This document shows positions 44,682 to 56,237 of a stretch of DNA of 64,000 bases, one piece after another. This stretch comes from a virus. The DNA lies in the IMG/VR virus record IMGVR_UViG_3300030108_003091, positions 7,562-71,561 of that record; one strand, written 5' to 3'. The position numbers and the translations under genes were made by a program. The first letter of the stretch is position 1. Every line of letters starts with the position of its first letter. The notes under the pieces are model-generated. The model was given only the letters and a program-made list of their open reading frames with translations, searched no databases and was not told the origin of the DNA.

Positions 44682-47600
44682 ATGTCTACACAACCACAAG
44701 TCACACATGAACTATTGATGAGACAACTCAAAAGGTTGGGCATCGACACAACGGTAGACCAGTCTGGTAATCCTATCGTGATGAAAAGCTATACTGATCT
44801 TGCTGAGATTTTAGCTGATTACAAAGCCAAAAAAACGACGGCTGCGACTAAAGCAAGATTTGATGAGTTTCGACTGCGGCTAAAGGAAAGGGACTCTTTA
44901 CGTAAAGCTTTTGTGGATCTCAGAGAAGCTGATGTCAGAGACACAAACAAGGTGCTTGAGGTAGCTGCTAACGCGGTCAACAAACTATCTACCGAGCAAG
45001 TCAAGATACAGAACGCAAAAGACTACGGTGTTAGTACAGTTTTTAGCAATCTCAGAAACAAGGTAGATCCTGCAGGATTTGCCGGCACAAAGGGTCAGGA
45101 AAGACAGCTTGTATCCGCACTGATAGGCACGCTTGAAGATCCAGCTTTGGCTGACAAAGTTAGAAACACGTCTCTCCCAAGTTTATACAATAGGATTGAA
45201 TCAGAGTTTGGTGTTGATCTTACAAGCGAAGAGTTTCTTAACAGCGTTGGTTCGGGAAATCAGCGAGGTAGACTTGAAGACTTAAACGCACTCATGCTGG
45301 AGAACAGACAGTCACAAATCTACACACTTAATAAACTTGAGAGAGACATAGACGTAGCGAGAAAATCGCGCGATAGTCTGTTGAAACTGAAACCTTCTCA
45401 AGTAGATGAGGCATTTGCAGAACTTAAAAAGATTGAGGGTGCTGTAAACTCAGCGACGAAAACACTCGATGCTTCAAGCATTGGTCTTAACAAAGATGAC
45501 TTAGAGGCTTTCGATATTCAAGTCGCAGAAGAGGACGCATTCGAACAACTGCTGATGGGTCGTTTGCAGAAACTGGATGACCAACTCAATAAGGGCGAAG
45601 GTATTGGTCGAAAAGAGCAGATAAGGCGGAATGTCGCGCAAGCCATCGGCAGAGATAACTTTGTTGATTGGGCCTTGGACAATGGCTACACCAAGGATGA
45701 CTTGGGTAGAGTTGACTTTGATTCAGAAGGCAAGCCAATCATGTCTACGTATCAAGCGGGACGTAAAGGGCTTCAGGCCGTAAAGCATTACGAATACCAA
45801 CTGAAACACCCAAATCGTCAAAGTCGTTTCTTTGGTCGCGGTCCAGCGACAAACGAAATGCACATATTTGATGTCACTATTTCAGAAGGTTCAGCAGAGC
45901 GACTAAAGCATTCTGACGGTAAGTGGCGTTTTATCGAGACTGAAATCGGACCTAGATTCATCAAAGACTCCGAAGCAAAAAACTACCTTATGAGTTATCA
46001 AAACTCGTCTGTCACTATCGGAATGGGCAGAGATGAAAACGGTGTCGAGAAAGGTTACTTAGAATCTAACGGCAGGTATTTTGAAATCGATCCTAACACT
46101 GGCAACCCTATTGATGGTTTGACTTACGTAGAAGTCGAGAAACCTGCAGGGGGTTTTAGTGGTGAGCCCGCAGTCATCGAAGACTCTGACGGTGACGCAG
46201 AACGGTTCATGAAGATCGATGATATCTTGGAAAGCAGAAGCTTTGCTGGAATCCGTGACGCAACTGACACTGACGTAGACAGTTTCAAAACAAAATACGC
46301 TGATTTAGGGATAGCTGAAACAGACCAACCACCAGCAGACGGATTTGAGCGCGTAACCGCTATGCGTAGAAAGACGCATGCTTTGGGTGTTGCGGACGGA
46401 CGAAAGCTTGGTCGGAACTTTGTAAGCTACGTCAACATGGACACAGGCGAAGTTTTCCGTATTGATCCAGAGAAAGTTCAGAACCTACAGGTACACGAAA
46501 CTCGGTCAGACACCAACCTAAAAGACCTGCGCAACTTTATTCGTAGTCAAAGAATGGGTCGTATCAAAAAGCGTATGGACGTTGACCCAACAGGTGAAAT
46601 ACGCGACATACCAGGAACAACTGGTTTGAAGGGCGAGTACTTCGAAACCAATAAAACGAACTTTGTTGATGGCTTGGAACGATTGTTAAGCGGGCCTGAT
46701 ATGAAACGGACGCGGGCAGAAAGTGCTGCGTCTGAGGCAGCATTGGCGCTCGGAGAAAGAGTGGATGATGCGACAGCAGACATTGATCCTACCGATGATC
46801 CAGAAGATATAACTGAGGCTGTAGAAGACCGTGATGAACTTATTGCACTCGCAGAGCAAAAGGTTTTGGATGAAAAAGAGGCTGCGCGCAACTTATTTGC
46901 TACTCCTGCCGAATCAGACATCGTAGTAGAACCGTTGAGTGATCAAGACCAAAAACTTATCGCAGAAGTAAATCAAAGATTGAGTGACCCACTACCATTA
47001 AGACAACTGACAAGAATGCGCGATACGGTTCAGCGACAGTTAGAAAGTGGTTCGATTACTTCTGAAGTAGCAGAAATACTTACGACAAACATTCAGAAAA
47101 GCATTGATGAAACTACCAAAAAAACAAAAGAGGCAAAAGAAGCGCAAGAAACGGATAGAGCGAGAAGACTCGCACAAGCACAAGAGTTAGCTGAACCTCC
47201 AGCGTCTCCTGCAGCGCCTCCTACAGAAGCAGTTGAAGCCCCTGCGCCTGCAAAGCCACCACCGCCACCTGGCGGCGAAAGCCAGGAAGTCATCGAACAA
47301 AAAGGCGTAAAAGCTAGACGGGCGCGTAAAATAGAAGAGGCTCAACGTGCAGCTAAAGGAGCACTTGCTCAGATGCAAGTTGCTTATGATCAAGAGCAAG
47401 AGGCCTTAGCGCGTCAGGCTGACGCTGCCGCCGAAGATAAAAAACGTGATCCAGAAGAAACAGCCGCAAATGTGAAGCGAGATAACCCTGAACTATACAA
47501 GGCCGCGCAACAAGCTGTTGCCAGTACAAAAGCGGAAGAGCGAGAAAAAGAGCGCGCAGAAATGATCGCAAATATTCAATCAAAAGAAATGCTTGGGGCT

Positions 47601-47984
47601 CCACCGCAGACAGATATGATTCGCGCTGCGATGGCAGGACAAACACCACCTCCTGCGTCTCCACCACCTACGGATGATGACGAGGAAGATGACGGCGGTG
47701 CAAGCCTCAAGAAAAGTGCCGTCAAAAATGCTCGCCAAAAAGAGTTAGAAAAGCTGAGTGCAGCACAACAAGGCCGAGAAAGTGAAAACAGCTTGAAGCG
47801 TGACATCACAGCGCAAGGCGGTCCAGGTATGGCTTCGCCCACAGATACTGACCCCATGGTCGGTTCGGGTGTGATTGCTCCGAGTGCTGACGATAAGCTG
47901 ATGGCAGAGGCAAAATCGCTAGTCAGAAACAACCTTGAGATACGTGATATGCTCATGGGCAATCCACCGAGTAGGTCTAAGTAA
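44682..47984 (+). CDS. Large internal virion/ejection protein
   Basis: 1100 aa, helical and charged; lies between the tail genes and the giant protein. Confidence 0.6.
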   Translation: MSTQPQVTHELLMRQLKRLGIDTTVDQSGNPIVMKSYTDLAEILADYKAKKTTAATKARFDEFRLRLKERDSLRKAFVDLREADVRDTNKVLEVAANAVNKLSTEQVKIQNAKDYGVSTVFSNLRNKVDPAGFAGTKGQERQLVSALIGTLEDPALADKVRNTSLPSLYNRIESEFGVDLTSEEFLNSVGSGNQRGRLEDLNALMLENRQSQIYTLNKLERDIDVARKSRDSLLKLKPSQVDEAFAELKKIEGAVNSATKTLDASSIGLNKDDLEAFDIQVAEEDAFEQLLMGRLQKLDDQLNKGEGIGRKEQIRRNVAQAIGRDNFVDWALDNGYTKDDLGRVDFDSEGKPIMSTYQAGRKGLQAVKHYEYQLKHPNRQSRFFGRGPATNEMHIFDVTISEGSAERLKHSDGKWRFIETEIGPRFIKDSEAKNYLMSYQNSSVTIGMGRDENGVEKGYLESNGRYFEIDPNTGNPIDGLTYVEVEKPAGGFSGEPAVIEDSDGDAERFMKIDDILESRSFAGIRDATDTDVDSFKTKYADLGIAETDQPPADGFERVTAMRRKTHALGVADGRKLGRNFVSYVNMDTGEVFRIDPEKVQNLQVHETRSDTNLKDLRNFIRSQRMGRIKKRMDVDPTGEIRDIPGTTGLKGEYFETNKTNFVDGLERLLSGPDMKRTRAESAASEAALALGERVDDATADIDPTDDPEDITEAVEDRDELIALAEQKVLDEKEAARNLFATPAESDIVVEPLSDQDQKLIAEVNQRLSDPLPLRQLTRMRDTVQRQLESGSITSEVAEILTTNIQKSIDETTKKTKEAKEAQETDRARRLAQAQELAEPPASPAAPPTEAVEAPAPAKPPPPPGGESQEVIEQKGVKARRARKIEEAQRAAKGALAQMQVAYDQEQEALARQADAAAEDKKRDPEETAANVKRDNPELYKAAQQAVASTKAEEREKERAEMIANIQSKEMLGAPPQTDMIRAAMAGQTPPPASPPPTDDDEEDDGGASLKKSAVKNARQKELEKLSAAQQGRESENSLKRDITAQGGPGMASPTDTDPMVGSGVIAPSADDKLMAEAKSLVRNNLEIRDMLMGNPPSRSK

Positions 47985-48976
47985 TGGGTCTTTCAAAAGA
48001 AAAACAAGCAGAACTGTTGGCTGCGTTGCAGGCAACTCCTGTCGAACCTGCACGCGCTGTTTCTGGTACCGACAAGAAAAGAGGTTCAAGTAGCCCACCA
48101 GCAAATGTTGCAACTAAAAGCCCGCCTGAACCTGAACTCGACGAAGACCCACCTTTGCCAAGTGAGTCAGTATCAAACGTAAAGTCCGCACTTGAGCGCG
48201 CTAACATGATTGCCGGCAGTGTAAGTGATGCACGCAAGAAAGCTGACGCTGACGCTACCGCTGCAAGACTTAGACTCGAATCAGCCGGTCCAGACGACAC
48301 CGCTATTATGCGAGGTCGTTTAGAAGGTGCCAAAGCAAGAGGTGCTAAGAGTGTACGTGAAGCAGAAGCTGCGATAAAAACACCGCTTAGTGATGCCGGC
48401 AAGATTACTATACCAAAACTGCCTTTACCCGAAGACGACCCTAAAAGTATCATTCGATCTGCAGCGCGTATTGCGGCTAAACAGAATCAGGTAAAAAATA
48501 CCTCGAACGCAGCAAACGCAAACCGAGAAAGCAAGATCCGTGAACTGGCTGAGATTAGGCAAAAGTTTCAGAACATGGACCCCGCAAAAGGACCGTTTCC
48601 GATTGTCGGCTCTGATAAGATTAGAGTCGAGGGTTTAGAGCAAGAAATCGACGAGTTGGATCTGCAAATACGTAACTTGGATAACTTGGAAATAGCATTG
48701 GAGTCTATTCGCACTAAGACACTTGGTAGTTTGCCGGAAGATGACAAGACGTTTCAGGAATACCTAAAACAAGAAAAAGAAAAACTAGAAGGCGAGCCAA
48801 CAGAGTTTGACCCTGAACGTTCTCGACAAGCAGAAGCAACGCTAAGAAACCTTACGGAACAGGAAAGATTCGACAAGGAATATGACGAGCAGGCGTTTCG
48901 TACGTCTCGCGGTCTTCCGTCACCACCAGCGCGCACGTCCGTCATCCGTCTTCGTCCAGAAGTTGATGGTGAGTAG
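47984..48976 (+). CDS. Hypothetical coiled-coil virion protein
   Basis: TAATG overlap with the upstream gene. Confidence 0.6.
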   Translation: MGLSKEKQAELLAALQATPVEPARAVSGTDKKRGSSSPPANVATKSPPEPELDEDPPLPSESVSNVKSALERANMIAGSVSDARKKADADATAARLRLESAGPDDTAIMRGRLEGAKARGAKSVREAEAAIKTPLSDAGKITIPKLPLPEDDPKSIIRSAARIAAKQNQVKNTSNAANANRESKIRELAEIRQKFQNMDPAKGPFPIVGSDKIRVEGLEQEIDELDLQIRNLDNLEIALESIRTKTLGSLPEDDKTFQEYLKQEKEKLEGEPTEFDPERSRQAEATLRNLTEQERFDKEYDEQAFRTSRGLPSPPARTSVIRLRPEVDGE

Positions 48977-48980
48977 TTAA

Positions 48981-51900
48981 ATGTCAAACGGCCCTTACAT
49001 CGACCCTGAAAGTCGTCAGAGAGAAATCGAAGGTCTCTCTGAAAGGTTAAAAGTTCCACAGGAAGAAGCCGCACGCCTACTGGATGAAAGTTTGGCGCGA
49101 ATGGATGCTGAACCGGAACCAGTTGAAGTACCTGAGATTGAACCGCCGAAGCCAATAAAGCGGCCTGAGACTGAACCACCCAAGATTGAGGTGCCTGAGA
49201 TCGAGGCACCTAAACCTTTGAACGTTACCAGCGGCTACGGTGAAATGTCCGAAAGACGGAACTTCCCACATCGCGGTATTGATATTGCATTACCTGAAGG
49301 CACACCGATTAAGTCTTTGTCGTCAGGCACAGTTACACGAATCGTAAAGAACGAGGATGGTGACGCAGGTGGTTTGCGTATTTTTGTTCGTGATAACGAT
49401 GGAATAGAAACTCGCTACATGCACGCAAGCGGGTTTCCAGAAGGTCTTGAAGTAGGCTCACAAGTCAACAAAGACCAAGTAATCATGATGTCCGGTAACA
49501 CTGGTAGGTCGACTGGGCCCCACCTTCACTTAGAGACGGGCAAGATTGGTGACGACGGACAGTTTATTAGAAGCAATCCGGCTGAAGTGTACTCAGACTT
49601 GTTTAAAGGCGCTGACCCAAAGGAAGTGCCGAGAGAAGTACCGGAACACTTAAAGCCTGACTTCAAACTTGAGATACCTACCTTACTGGCCGGTCTTGAG
49701 TTTGCTCGCAGACGAGTCATCGCAGGAAGAGGCGAAGAATCCAGTATTCCTCAAGAGATCAAACGGCATGCACAACAGATTGGTCTTGACGTAAAGCAAC
49801 TACAGGAAGCAGCATCGACCCAAGGTATATCGCTTGGGTACATGGTGGATGAGGTAGGTCGGAAAGGTCGATCATCGGATGACGTTATCGGTGAAGCCAG
49901 AGAGCGTGGTGTCGCAGCTTTTCTTGACCCCGAGCAACGCGCAGCACGGCAAAAGCGTGGCGCACTGGCTGACCAAGACGCAGTCAAAAAGTATCAAGAG
50001 ACAGGTGACCACACGTTTTTGTTAGATGAGTTTGGTCAGGGCATCTATGAGCATGACGAGGCTATGCCTTTCTTTGGCGGGCAAGCCATTGAGTTCGGTG
50101 AAGTAGCCAAGCCCGACGAAGACATGTATAAGGTTGCGTCGGTTATCAGCGAAGCTGTCATGAAAGACAAACAAGCCTCGTCGCTTGTCAATGCCCTTTC
50201 TGACAAGTACACAGGCGCGAGAGACTACGCTAAAAAACGTGCGAGCCAATACCTCAAACAACGTAACTTGACTCCTAAAGATGAAGAATACCTTGAAATG
50301 TCGCGTAAGTTCTATGACCGGGCAATCCGAGAGATTGTTGCGCTCAAGACAGTTGGTATGTGGACTGGACCCATCATCGTGCCTGAAGAGGAACTGTTGG
50401 AGTCACAGTCGAATCGGGACTTATCTGATCGGTTCTTTGACGCGCTCAAACCTACAGTAGAGATTGTAGGTATTCGTTCGTTCGGTCAACAGTCTGAACT
50501 TGTACTCCGCGAAGAGAACCCACTGCTTTACTTTTTCAACCTGATTGACATGGCTCAGTCGGCTGCAACTGGCGCACTAACGACAGAAGGTGACGCGTTA
50601 GAAGGCGCTATCGAAGGTATGGAGTTGCGGCGTAACTTTTTCGAAGCTGCAATCGATAGTGAGTTTGCTGAGAAAAATGCTGCGACAAAGACACTCGCAT
50701 TTGTTGGTGGGGGTCTTGCAACAATACTGACACCTGACGCATTGGTTGGTGCCGGTGGTGTAGCAAAGCTGACAAACAAAGTTGTGCAACTCGTAACAAC
50801 ACAAGCTGCCGCAAAAAAAGCAGGACAGCTTTTGTCCGACATTTCTCTTGCGCGACAAGCAGAGGATTACGACAAAGCATCACTTCTTGAGGCTGAACTA
50901 CGTAGAGAGTTCAAACAAAAAGGTGGGGTAGCTGACCTATTAGACGTTCTTGACGGTGAAGCTGCACAGTTTATCGCCAAGAACAACCCTGAAATGTTGG
51001 ACACGTCATTCATCCAAAAGCTTGCTGTGATCGATCGGTCTTTGCCAGAAGACTCATTTTTATCTGCGCGGGCACTGGCACTACACCCATCGGTAAGAAA
51101 GCCAAGATTGTCTGCTGGACGAGGTGAGGGGAAAGTTCAGGCTGTTGGTTACGGCGGCATGGACACGGATATTGACGAGGCCGTTGGTCTGTATGAGTAT
51201 GGCAATATCATTGACGAGTTGCAGGCGATAAAGAAACAACTGCAGCAATCCGCGACAAAAGGCAAGCTACCTCAACTGCAAAAAACTTCTGCGTCTAACA
51301 TCGCAAAGCTTGAAAAACTGGTTGATGCTGCAAATGATCCCGAAGGTGCTCAGTTTATCGCACGACTGAAAGAATCTTTGGCTGATGCGATTGACGACCC
51401 GAAAGCTTGGGACAATAGGTTTCATGGCGACGGTAATCTTGAGAGTGAGTTGGCGAAGATTACGGGCTTGCGCGGACCTACGCAGGAAGAGATTGCGGCA
51501 GCGACGGGTAAAGAACTTACAAAACTCAATAAAGCAAAAGAGACTGCTAAGAACAAACGCAGAGAGATTCACGATGAGATTGGTAAGATCACTACTCAAG
51601 CTAAGAATGTAGAAGATCCCCTTGCACTGATTGATCGTGCTATTGACACAGTTAAAGCTAACAACGAATCTCGCGGAGTAGCCGCTAAACTACTAAGTGA
51701 GACTGTTCTTGGTTCGCGAAAACTCAAACCAATCACGCGTGACCCCACAAAAGACTTAGCGGCAAACGCAGTCGAGTTGAGTAGCGAAGCCAACGTACTC
51801 GCGAGTAAACTTGAAACTGCTTACGAGATCACAGAAGATCAGGCTCAAGCGTTAGCGGGACTCATGGACGCACGTTCAAGAGCCTGGAGCACAGCTACAG

Positions 51901-54900
51901 GTAAGCCCGCACGGGATTACTTTAACGAAGGTATCTCAGGGATTGTCAAAGGCGAAGACATAAAGAAACCTTTGTTCGAAATGAACGAAATGGACGATGG
52001 CTTGGTTGAACTCACAACCAAAGAAATCAAAGATGCGAACGGGTTCGGACTCATATTCCGTGTACAGGATGACGCTCTAACTGTGAGCAGTGTAAACATA
52101 CCTCAAGCGCAACGCGGTAAGGGTATTGGTACAGCACTGTACGGACGCGCACTACAGCATGCAAAGTCTCTTGGTAAAGGATTCGCCAGTGACGTAAGCC
52201 CAAGCCCCGAAGCAATCCGTGTATATGAGCGCCTCATCAAACGAGGTGTACCGTTACGTAGGCGACAAGTAGACTTACCTGACGGAACAACGTCTCGTCA
52301 GTACGTTATCTCTACAGACGATCTCGCCAAAGTTGATCTGACAGGTGTCGAACTTATTACGCTTAGACCTGCAGTGGATATTGCGTCTGACGGTCGCGCG
52401 ATTCTAAACGCGTTTACGGAGCCAACATTCCGTGGTGCAGTGCGTGGTATGGCGCATGTGTTTCGTCGTGACTTAGAAGACTACGACTTGCGTGTAATCG
52501 AAGAATGGTGCGGAGTTAAAAACGGACGATGGACTGAACAAGCAGAAGCAAAGTGGGCCAGCGGTTTTGAGAACTATTTAGCTGAAGGTGTTGCGCCAAA
52601 TAATCAAGTCCAAACTGTGTTCGATAAGTTCAAAGTTTGGATGTCAGAAGCTTACCGCAACGTAGTAGGTAAACCTGTCGTCCAAAGAATGCCCGACAAC
52701 GTTCGTGACATCATGAACAAACTGCTTACCGAAAGTCCACCTAATGAACCACCGTTCAAACGTACGCTTGCTGCGATGAGCATCGGTGATCCAAGCAAAA
52801 TCACCAAAACTAATATTGACCCATTGATGGAGTTGGCAAAAGCTGCACGCAAACAAGGCATGCGAAACTCAGAACCAAACCTGATGCTTTCATCTTTGGA
52901 GGCAAACGGTCAGGTCACTTTCCGTAAACCCATCGAAATCAATGGCATAAGCAAGAACGTATGGACAAAAGAAGACTTAGCTGAACTGCAGTTAAGTTTA
53001 GAGACGAAAGCGCGTATCACGAAGCAAATGGAAGACGCGCCAGAGATTCAGTTGAGGGGTGCCCCGAGTGCTGAAGCGGCCGAGTCAATCGACGAAAAGA
53101 TTATTGCTGAAGTGGGTGGTGAAGGTGTACTTCGCGGAGTTGCTAAGTTTGCTGTCTATGCTGTCCTCGGTGGAGACCATGTCGGTGTAGCACTACGCAG
53201 AATGCGTCCAGAGCATAGACAATCTGTGTTGGCAGCTACGCGGTCTACAGAACAGGCTATTGGTGACGCAGTAACGCTGGTATCTCAAACAGGTACGAAA
53301 GGCGGCATGACTCGATTGCATGAGTTCCTTGGCGGCGAACTTACCAAGTTTAAGTCCGGCAGGGATGCCTTGTCGTCAGGCAAAGACTTTATGGGTATGT
53401 CCTTAACGACAATACGTCAGTCTTTCTTAGACTTAGACAACGTTGCTTTTCGCGGTCGAAAGCTTGGCGACTTCCTACGTGAAATGGTTCAAGCCATGGA
53501 TGGTCCTGCAGGACCCAAGAAAGGTTACGAAGCTTTCGCAGGTAAGAGTAAGAATAACAAAGAAGCTGTACAAGAAATCTTTGCTCGGTTGGGCGCGAAA
53601 AAACAAAACCAACTTATGAGCGACCTGTTCAACGCATTCGGTGCTGCTGGAGCGAAACGGCCGCAAGAGGCTATGTTTCTCAAAGTTATGATGGAAGCCG
53701 CGAATGTTCACCCTGGTAGACTGGCGGGCCTCAAAGGTGCTGAACGTGCGGAAGAGGTCTTCTCTGCGATTGAGAACATTTACGGCGGCTCAAAAGGTAG
53801 AGAGGCTGCGCTGCGCGCTTCTGTTTTGTTTGCCGGTCATGGTGAAGCGGCTCACGCCAGAAGTGTTTGGGCGGGGCTTGGGTTGGCTGTTGACGACAAG
53901 ATGATGGATGCTTGGCAGTCTTGGTTGATGGGCGAAAAGATTGATCCAGAACTGATACCTCAAATGCACGCTATGGTTCGAAACTATGGACTGAGACCTG
54001 AGTTTATCGACGACACCGTGCTTGAAGCAGGGTTTCATATCCCAAAGGTCGCACGCGAAAGACTTACAAATGCTCTCGCAAAAGCCGGTATCTTAGACGA
54101 TCCAAACAAAATAACTGACCTAACAGATACGGGGATATTCTTTAAGAGTGTCTACACTTACATGAAAACCCGAATGACTCGCGGCGGGTTTCTCGTCCGG
54201 CAGCGGTATTTCTTGATGAACACTGTAGACCACTTCAGTCAAATGGCAATGGTTGCGGGGTTCAGACCCGCACTTGTATCTACAGTCAGGCTTTCATTCC
54301 AGAACTTGATGGTGTTTCCTGGTTTCGCGCATACACTAGGTCTTGTCGATAAGTTGGGCGGCGTTCAAGCAGGAGAAAAACTACGAAAAGTCCTACAAGC
54401 TGGTGGTGACAGAACCGCAAACCTCGTAGGTCGGTTTCTCAATGTGTCTAAGTATCGTGTGGAAGTGAACCCAATCTTGGAAGGTGTTGCGAAGGACGGT
54501 AGTAAAGTATTCAGTTTGATGGATTCTAAAACGGGTCAGACAAGATTCTACAACTACGCAGATATTCGTCGTATCGCTGTCGAAGAGGGAATCTTTGCAA
54601 GCTTCGATACAAGAGCATTAGAGCGCGCGATTAACACTGGTGTACGTGTTGAGTACAAAAAGTTTTTAGACAAAGCGCCCGCGCCAATATCGAACGCTGT
54701 GGATAACATCAAAGGTGGCTTTGGTTTTTTCACAGATAACGTAGCGAAGACTGCAGAATGTTGGTCTGAGCGCGAACGTATTGGTGCCATGGTTACTCTA
54801 ATGGAAGCCGGTATGGAGCCAAGACAAGCAGCAAGGCTCGCGATTAACGGCTTGTTTGACTACGCAGGAACAATGTCAAAGCTGGATAGGAACTGGGTGG

Positions 54901-56237
54901 TCAACCTAATGTTCCCGTTTTGGGCTTTCCAGAAAAATGCCAACAGACTTATTCTACGGCAAATGTTTACACCGCAGGGTGCATATAAAATGGGTGTTTT
55001 GCGCCGAGCCTACACCGTTAGTGCTGATGCAATCACTGAACTTTTGTACGAACGGGTTGCTGATCCCTACGGCATCGATGCAGATCGAATGCCGGTAGAG
55101 TTGAAAGAGAAGTATTACTTCCTGAGAGGTATCATTGAGAATGGCTACGGACCTCTTGACCAGTTGAAAAACGCTCCCATGGGTGATTCTATACTTAAAG
55201 GTATAGAGGAACAGTACGGACCAATAGAAATGATTGACGCAGAAACGCGTAAGTTTCTTGAGCAGGGTTACGGCGGTTACTCGAAAACACCTGCAGATGT
55301 TCGTGACGCAGTGAGGTTGTATCTTGCAGGCGTAACCAGCGGTATGCCCGACGAACTTGGATCGAAGCGCGCAACTCCCGACCAACGTGTTGAACTTAAC
55401 TTTCGACTGGCTGATCGAATGGGTCAACTGCGGCCAAGAACTGCAGAAGGTGAAACGTTCTCTGACTACTACAACGCTAGACCTGGCAAGAGCGCCCGAC
55501 GTAACTTTCACAGAGACAGGGTGGGTATTCCAATCAAACCTGCCATGACAGAAGACGTAAGAAAGTTTTTGCGTATGGCCGAAGACGATCCTGTAATCGG
55601 TTTTGACGACGTTTACTTGGAAGCTTTGTATCCAGACAGCACGATCTATGCCGGTTTTCGTCACGCAGCGGCGGTAATCGCAGTACCGATTATCATGGGT
55701 AGGGGCCTTATCAAAGACTTGGCAGGCAGTCCCGAAGACGAGGCAATCAGCGATATGATGTATCGCACTGCACTGGATATGGCTGGTGATCCGTTGGACT
55801 CACCTATTCCAAGTCTTATGTTATCGGCAACGACCGAGGTAGATTCCAGGCCGAGACGACTCAACGTTGAGTTCGCAAAAACACTTCGCAACTTAAAAGA
55901 CATGGGACTTCCGTTACCATCGATCACGATTGTAAAGGCGACCGAAGACAGATTTGCTCCGAAAGGTGAAGGTGTCATTAAACGAGAACGTGCTTACATG
56001 ATGGGCGGCACAGGCTCTATGATCTTTTCTTTGACACCGCTTGGAGAACTCAATGACATCATGTCACGACTTGAGCAAGCACCCATACAAGAAAAGATGG
56101 GTATTCAAGGTGAACTACTCAAATGGGCCGAAGTTGTGATGGGTCTTCAAGTTGTTGAAACATCGCGTCAAGTGTCAGCGAGAGCAGACGCACCTAAGTT
56201 TAAGATGATTACAACAGCCCCCCCTACACCTAAGTAA
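48981..56237 (+). CDS. Giant polyvalent internal virion protein: M23 peptidase, GNAT-like domain and degenerate zincin-like domain
   Basis: HRGID...YMH...GNTGRSTGPHLH (M23); QRGKGIGTALY (GNAT motif A); FDY..MS..DR...MFPFW.FQ in the C-terminal region, typical of ejection proteins. Confidence 0.8.
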   Translation: MSNGPYIDPESRQREIEGLSERLKVPQEEAARLLDESLARMDAEPEPVEVPEIEPPKPIKRPETEPPKIEVPEIEAPKPLNVTSGYGEMSERRNFPHRGIDIALPEGTPIKSLSSGTVTRIVKNEDGDAGGLRIFVRDNDGIETRYMHASGFPEGLEVGSQVNKDQVIMMSGNTGRSTGPHLHLETGKIGDDGQFIRSNPAEVYSDLFKGADPKEVPREVPEHLKPDFKLEIPTLLAGLEFARRRVIAGRGEESSIPQEIKRHAQQIGLDVKQLQEAASTQGISLGYMVDEVGRKGRSSDDVIGEARERGVAAFLDPEQRAARQKRGALADQDAVKKYQETGDHTFLLDEFGQGIYEHDEAMPFFGGQAIEFGEVAKPDEDMYKVASVISEAVMKDKQASSLVNALSDKYTGARDYAKKRASQYLKQRNLTPKDEEYLEMSRKFYDRAIREIVALKTVGMWTGPIIVPEEELLESQSNRDLSDRFFDALKPTVEIVGIRSFGQQSELVLREENPLLYFFNLIDMAQSAATGALTTEGDALEGAIEGMELRRNFFEAAIDSEFAEKNAATKTLAFVGGGLATILTPDALVGAGGVAKLTNKVVQLVTTQAAAKKAGQLLSDISLARQAEDYDKASLLEAELRREFKQKGGVADLLDVLDGEAAQFIAKNNPEMLDTSFIQKLAVIDRSLPEDSFLSARALALHPSVRKPRLSAGRGEGKVQAVGYGGMDTDIDEAVGLYEYGNIIDELQAIKKQLQQSATKGKLPQLQKTSASNIAKLEKLVDAANDPEGAQFIARLKESLADAIDDPKAWDNRFHGDGNLESELAKITGLRGPTQEEIAAATGKELTKLNKAKETAKNKRREIHDEIGKITTQAKNVEDPLALIDRAIDTVKANNESRGVAAKLLSETVLGSRKLKPITRDPTKDLAANAVELSSEANVLASKLETAYEITEDQAQALAGLMDARSRAWSTATGKPARDYFNEGISGIVKGEDIKKPLFEMNEMDDGLVELTTKEIKDANGFGLIFRVQDDALTVSSVNIPQAQRGKGIGTALYGRALQHAKSLGKGFASDVSPSPEAIRVYERLIKRGVPLRRRQVDLPDGTTSRQYVISTDDLAKVDLTGVELITLRPAVDIASDGRAILNAFTEPTFRGAVRGMAHVFRRDLEDYDLRVIEEWCGVKNGRWTEQAEAKWASGFENYLAEGVAPNNQVQTVFDKFKVWMSEAYRNVVGKPVVQRMPDNVRDIMNKLLTESPPNEPPFKRTLAAMSIGDPSKITKTNIDPLMELAKAARKQGMRNSEPNLMLSSLEANGQVTFRKPIEINGISKNVWTKEDLAELQLSLETKARITKQMEDAPEIQLRGAPSAEAAESIDEKIIAEVGGEGVLRGVAKFAVYAVLGGDHVGVALRRMRPEHRQSVLAATRSTEQAIGDAVTLVSQTGTKGGMTRLHEFLGGELTKFKSGRDALSSGKDFMGMSLTTIRQSFLDLDNVAFRGRKLGDFLREMVQAMDGPAGPKKGYEAFAGKSKNNKEAVQEIFARLGAKKQNQLMSDLFNAFGAAGAKRPQEAMFLKVMMEAANVHPGRLAGLKGAERAEEVFSAIENIYGGSKGREAALRASVLFAGHGEAAHARSVWAGLGLAVDDKMMDAWQSWLMGEKIDPELIPQMHAMVRNYGLRPEFIDDTVLEAGFHIPKVARERLTNALAKAGILDDPNKITDLTDTGIFFKSVYTYMKTRMTRGGFLVRQRYFLMNTVDHFSQMAMVAGFRPALVSTVRLSFQNLMVFPGFAHTLGLVDKLGGVQAGEKLRKVLQAGGDRTANLVGRFLNVSKYRVEVNPILEGVAKDGSKVFSLMDSKTGQTRFYNYADIRRIAVEEGIFASFDTRALERAINTGVRVEYKKFLDKAPAPISNAVDNIKGGFGFFTDNVAKTAECWSERERIGAMVTLMEAGMEPRQAARLAINGLFDYAGTMSKLDRNWVVNLMFPFWAFQKNANRLILRQMFTPQGAYKMGVLRRAYTVSADAITELLYERVADPYGIDADRMPVELKEKYYFLRGIIENGYGPLDQLKNAPMGDSILKGIEEQYGPIEMIDAETRKFLEQGYGGYSKTPADVRDAVRLYLAGVTSGMPDELGSKRATPDQRVELNFRLADRMGQLRPRTAEGETFSDYYNARPGKSARRNFHRDRVGIPIKPAMTEDVRKFLRMAEDDPVIGFDDVYLEALYPDSTIYAGFRHAAAVIAVPIIMGRGLIKDLAGSPEDEAISDMMYRTALDMAGDPLDSPIPSLMLSATTEVDSRPRRLNVEFAKTLRNLKDMGLPLPSITIVKATEDRFAPKGEGVIKRERAYMMGGTGSMIFSLTPLGELNDIMSRLEQAPIQEKMGIQGELLKWAEVVMGLQVVETSRQVSARADAPKFKMITTAPPTPK

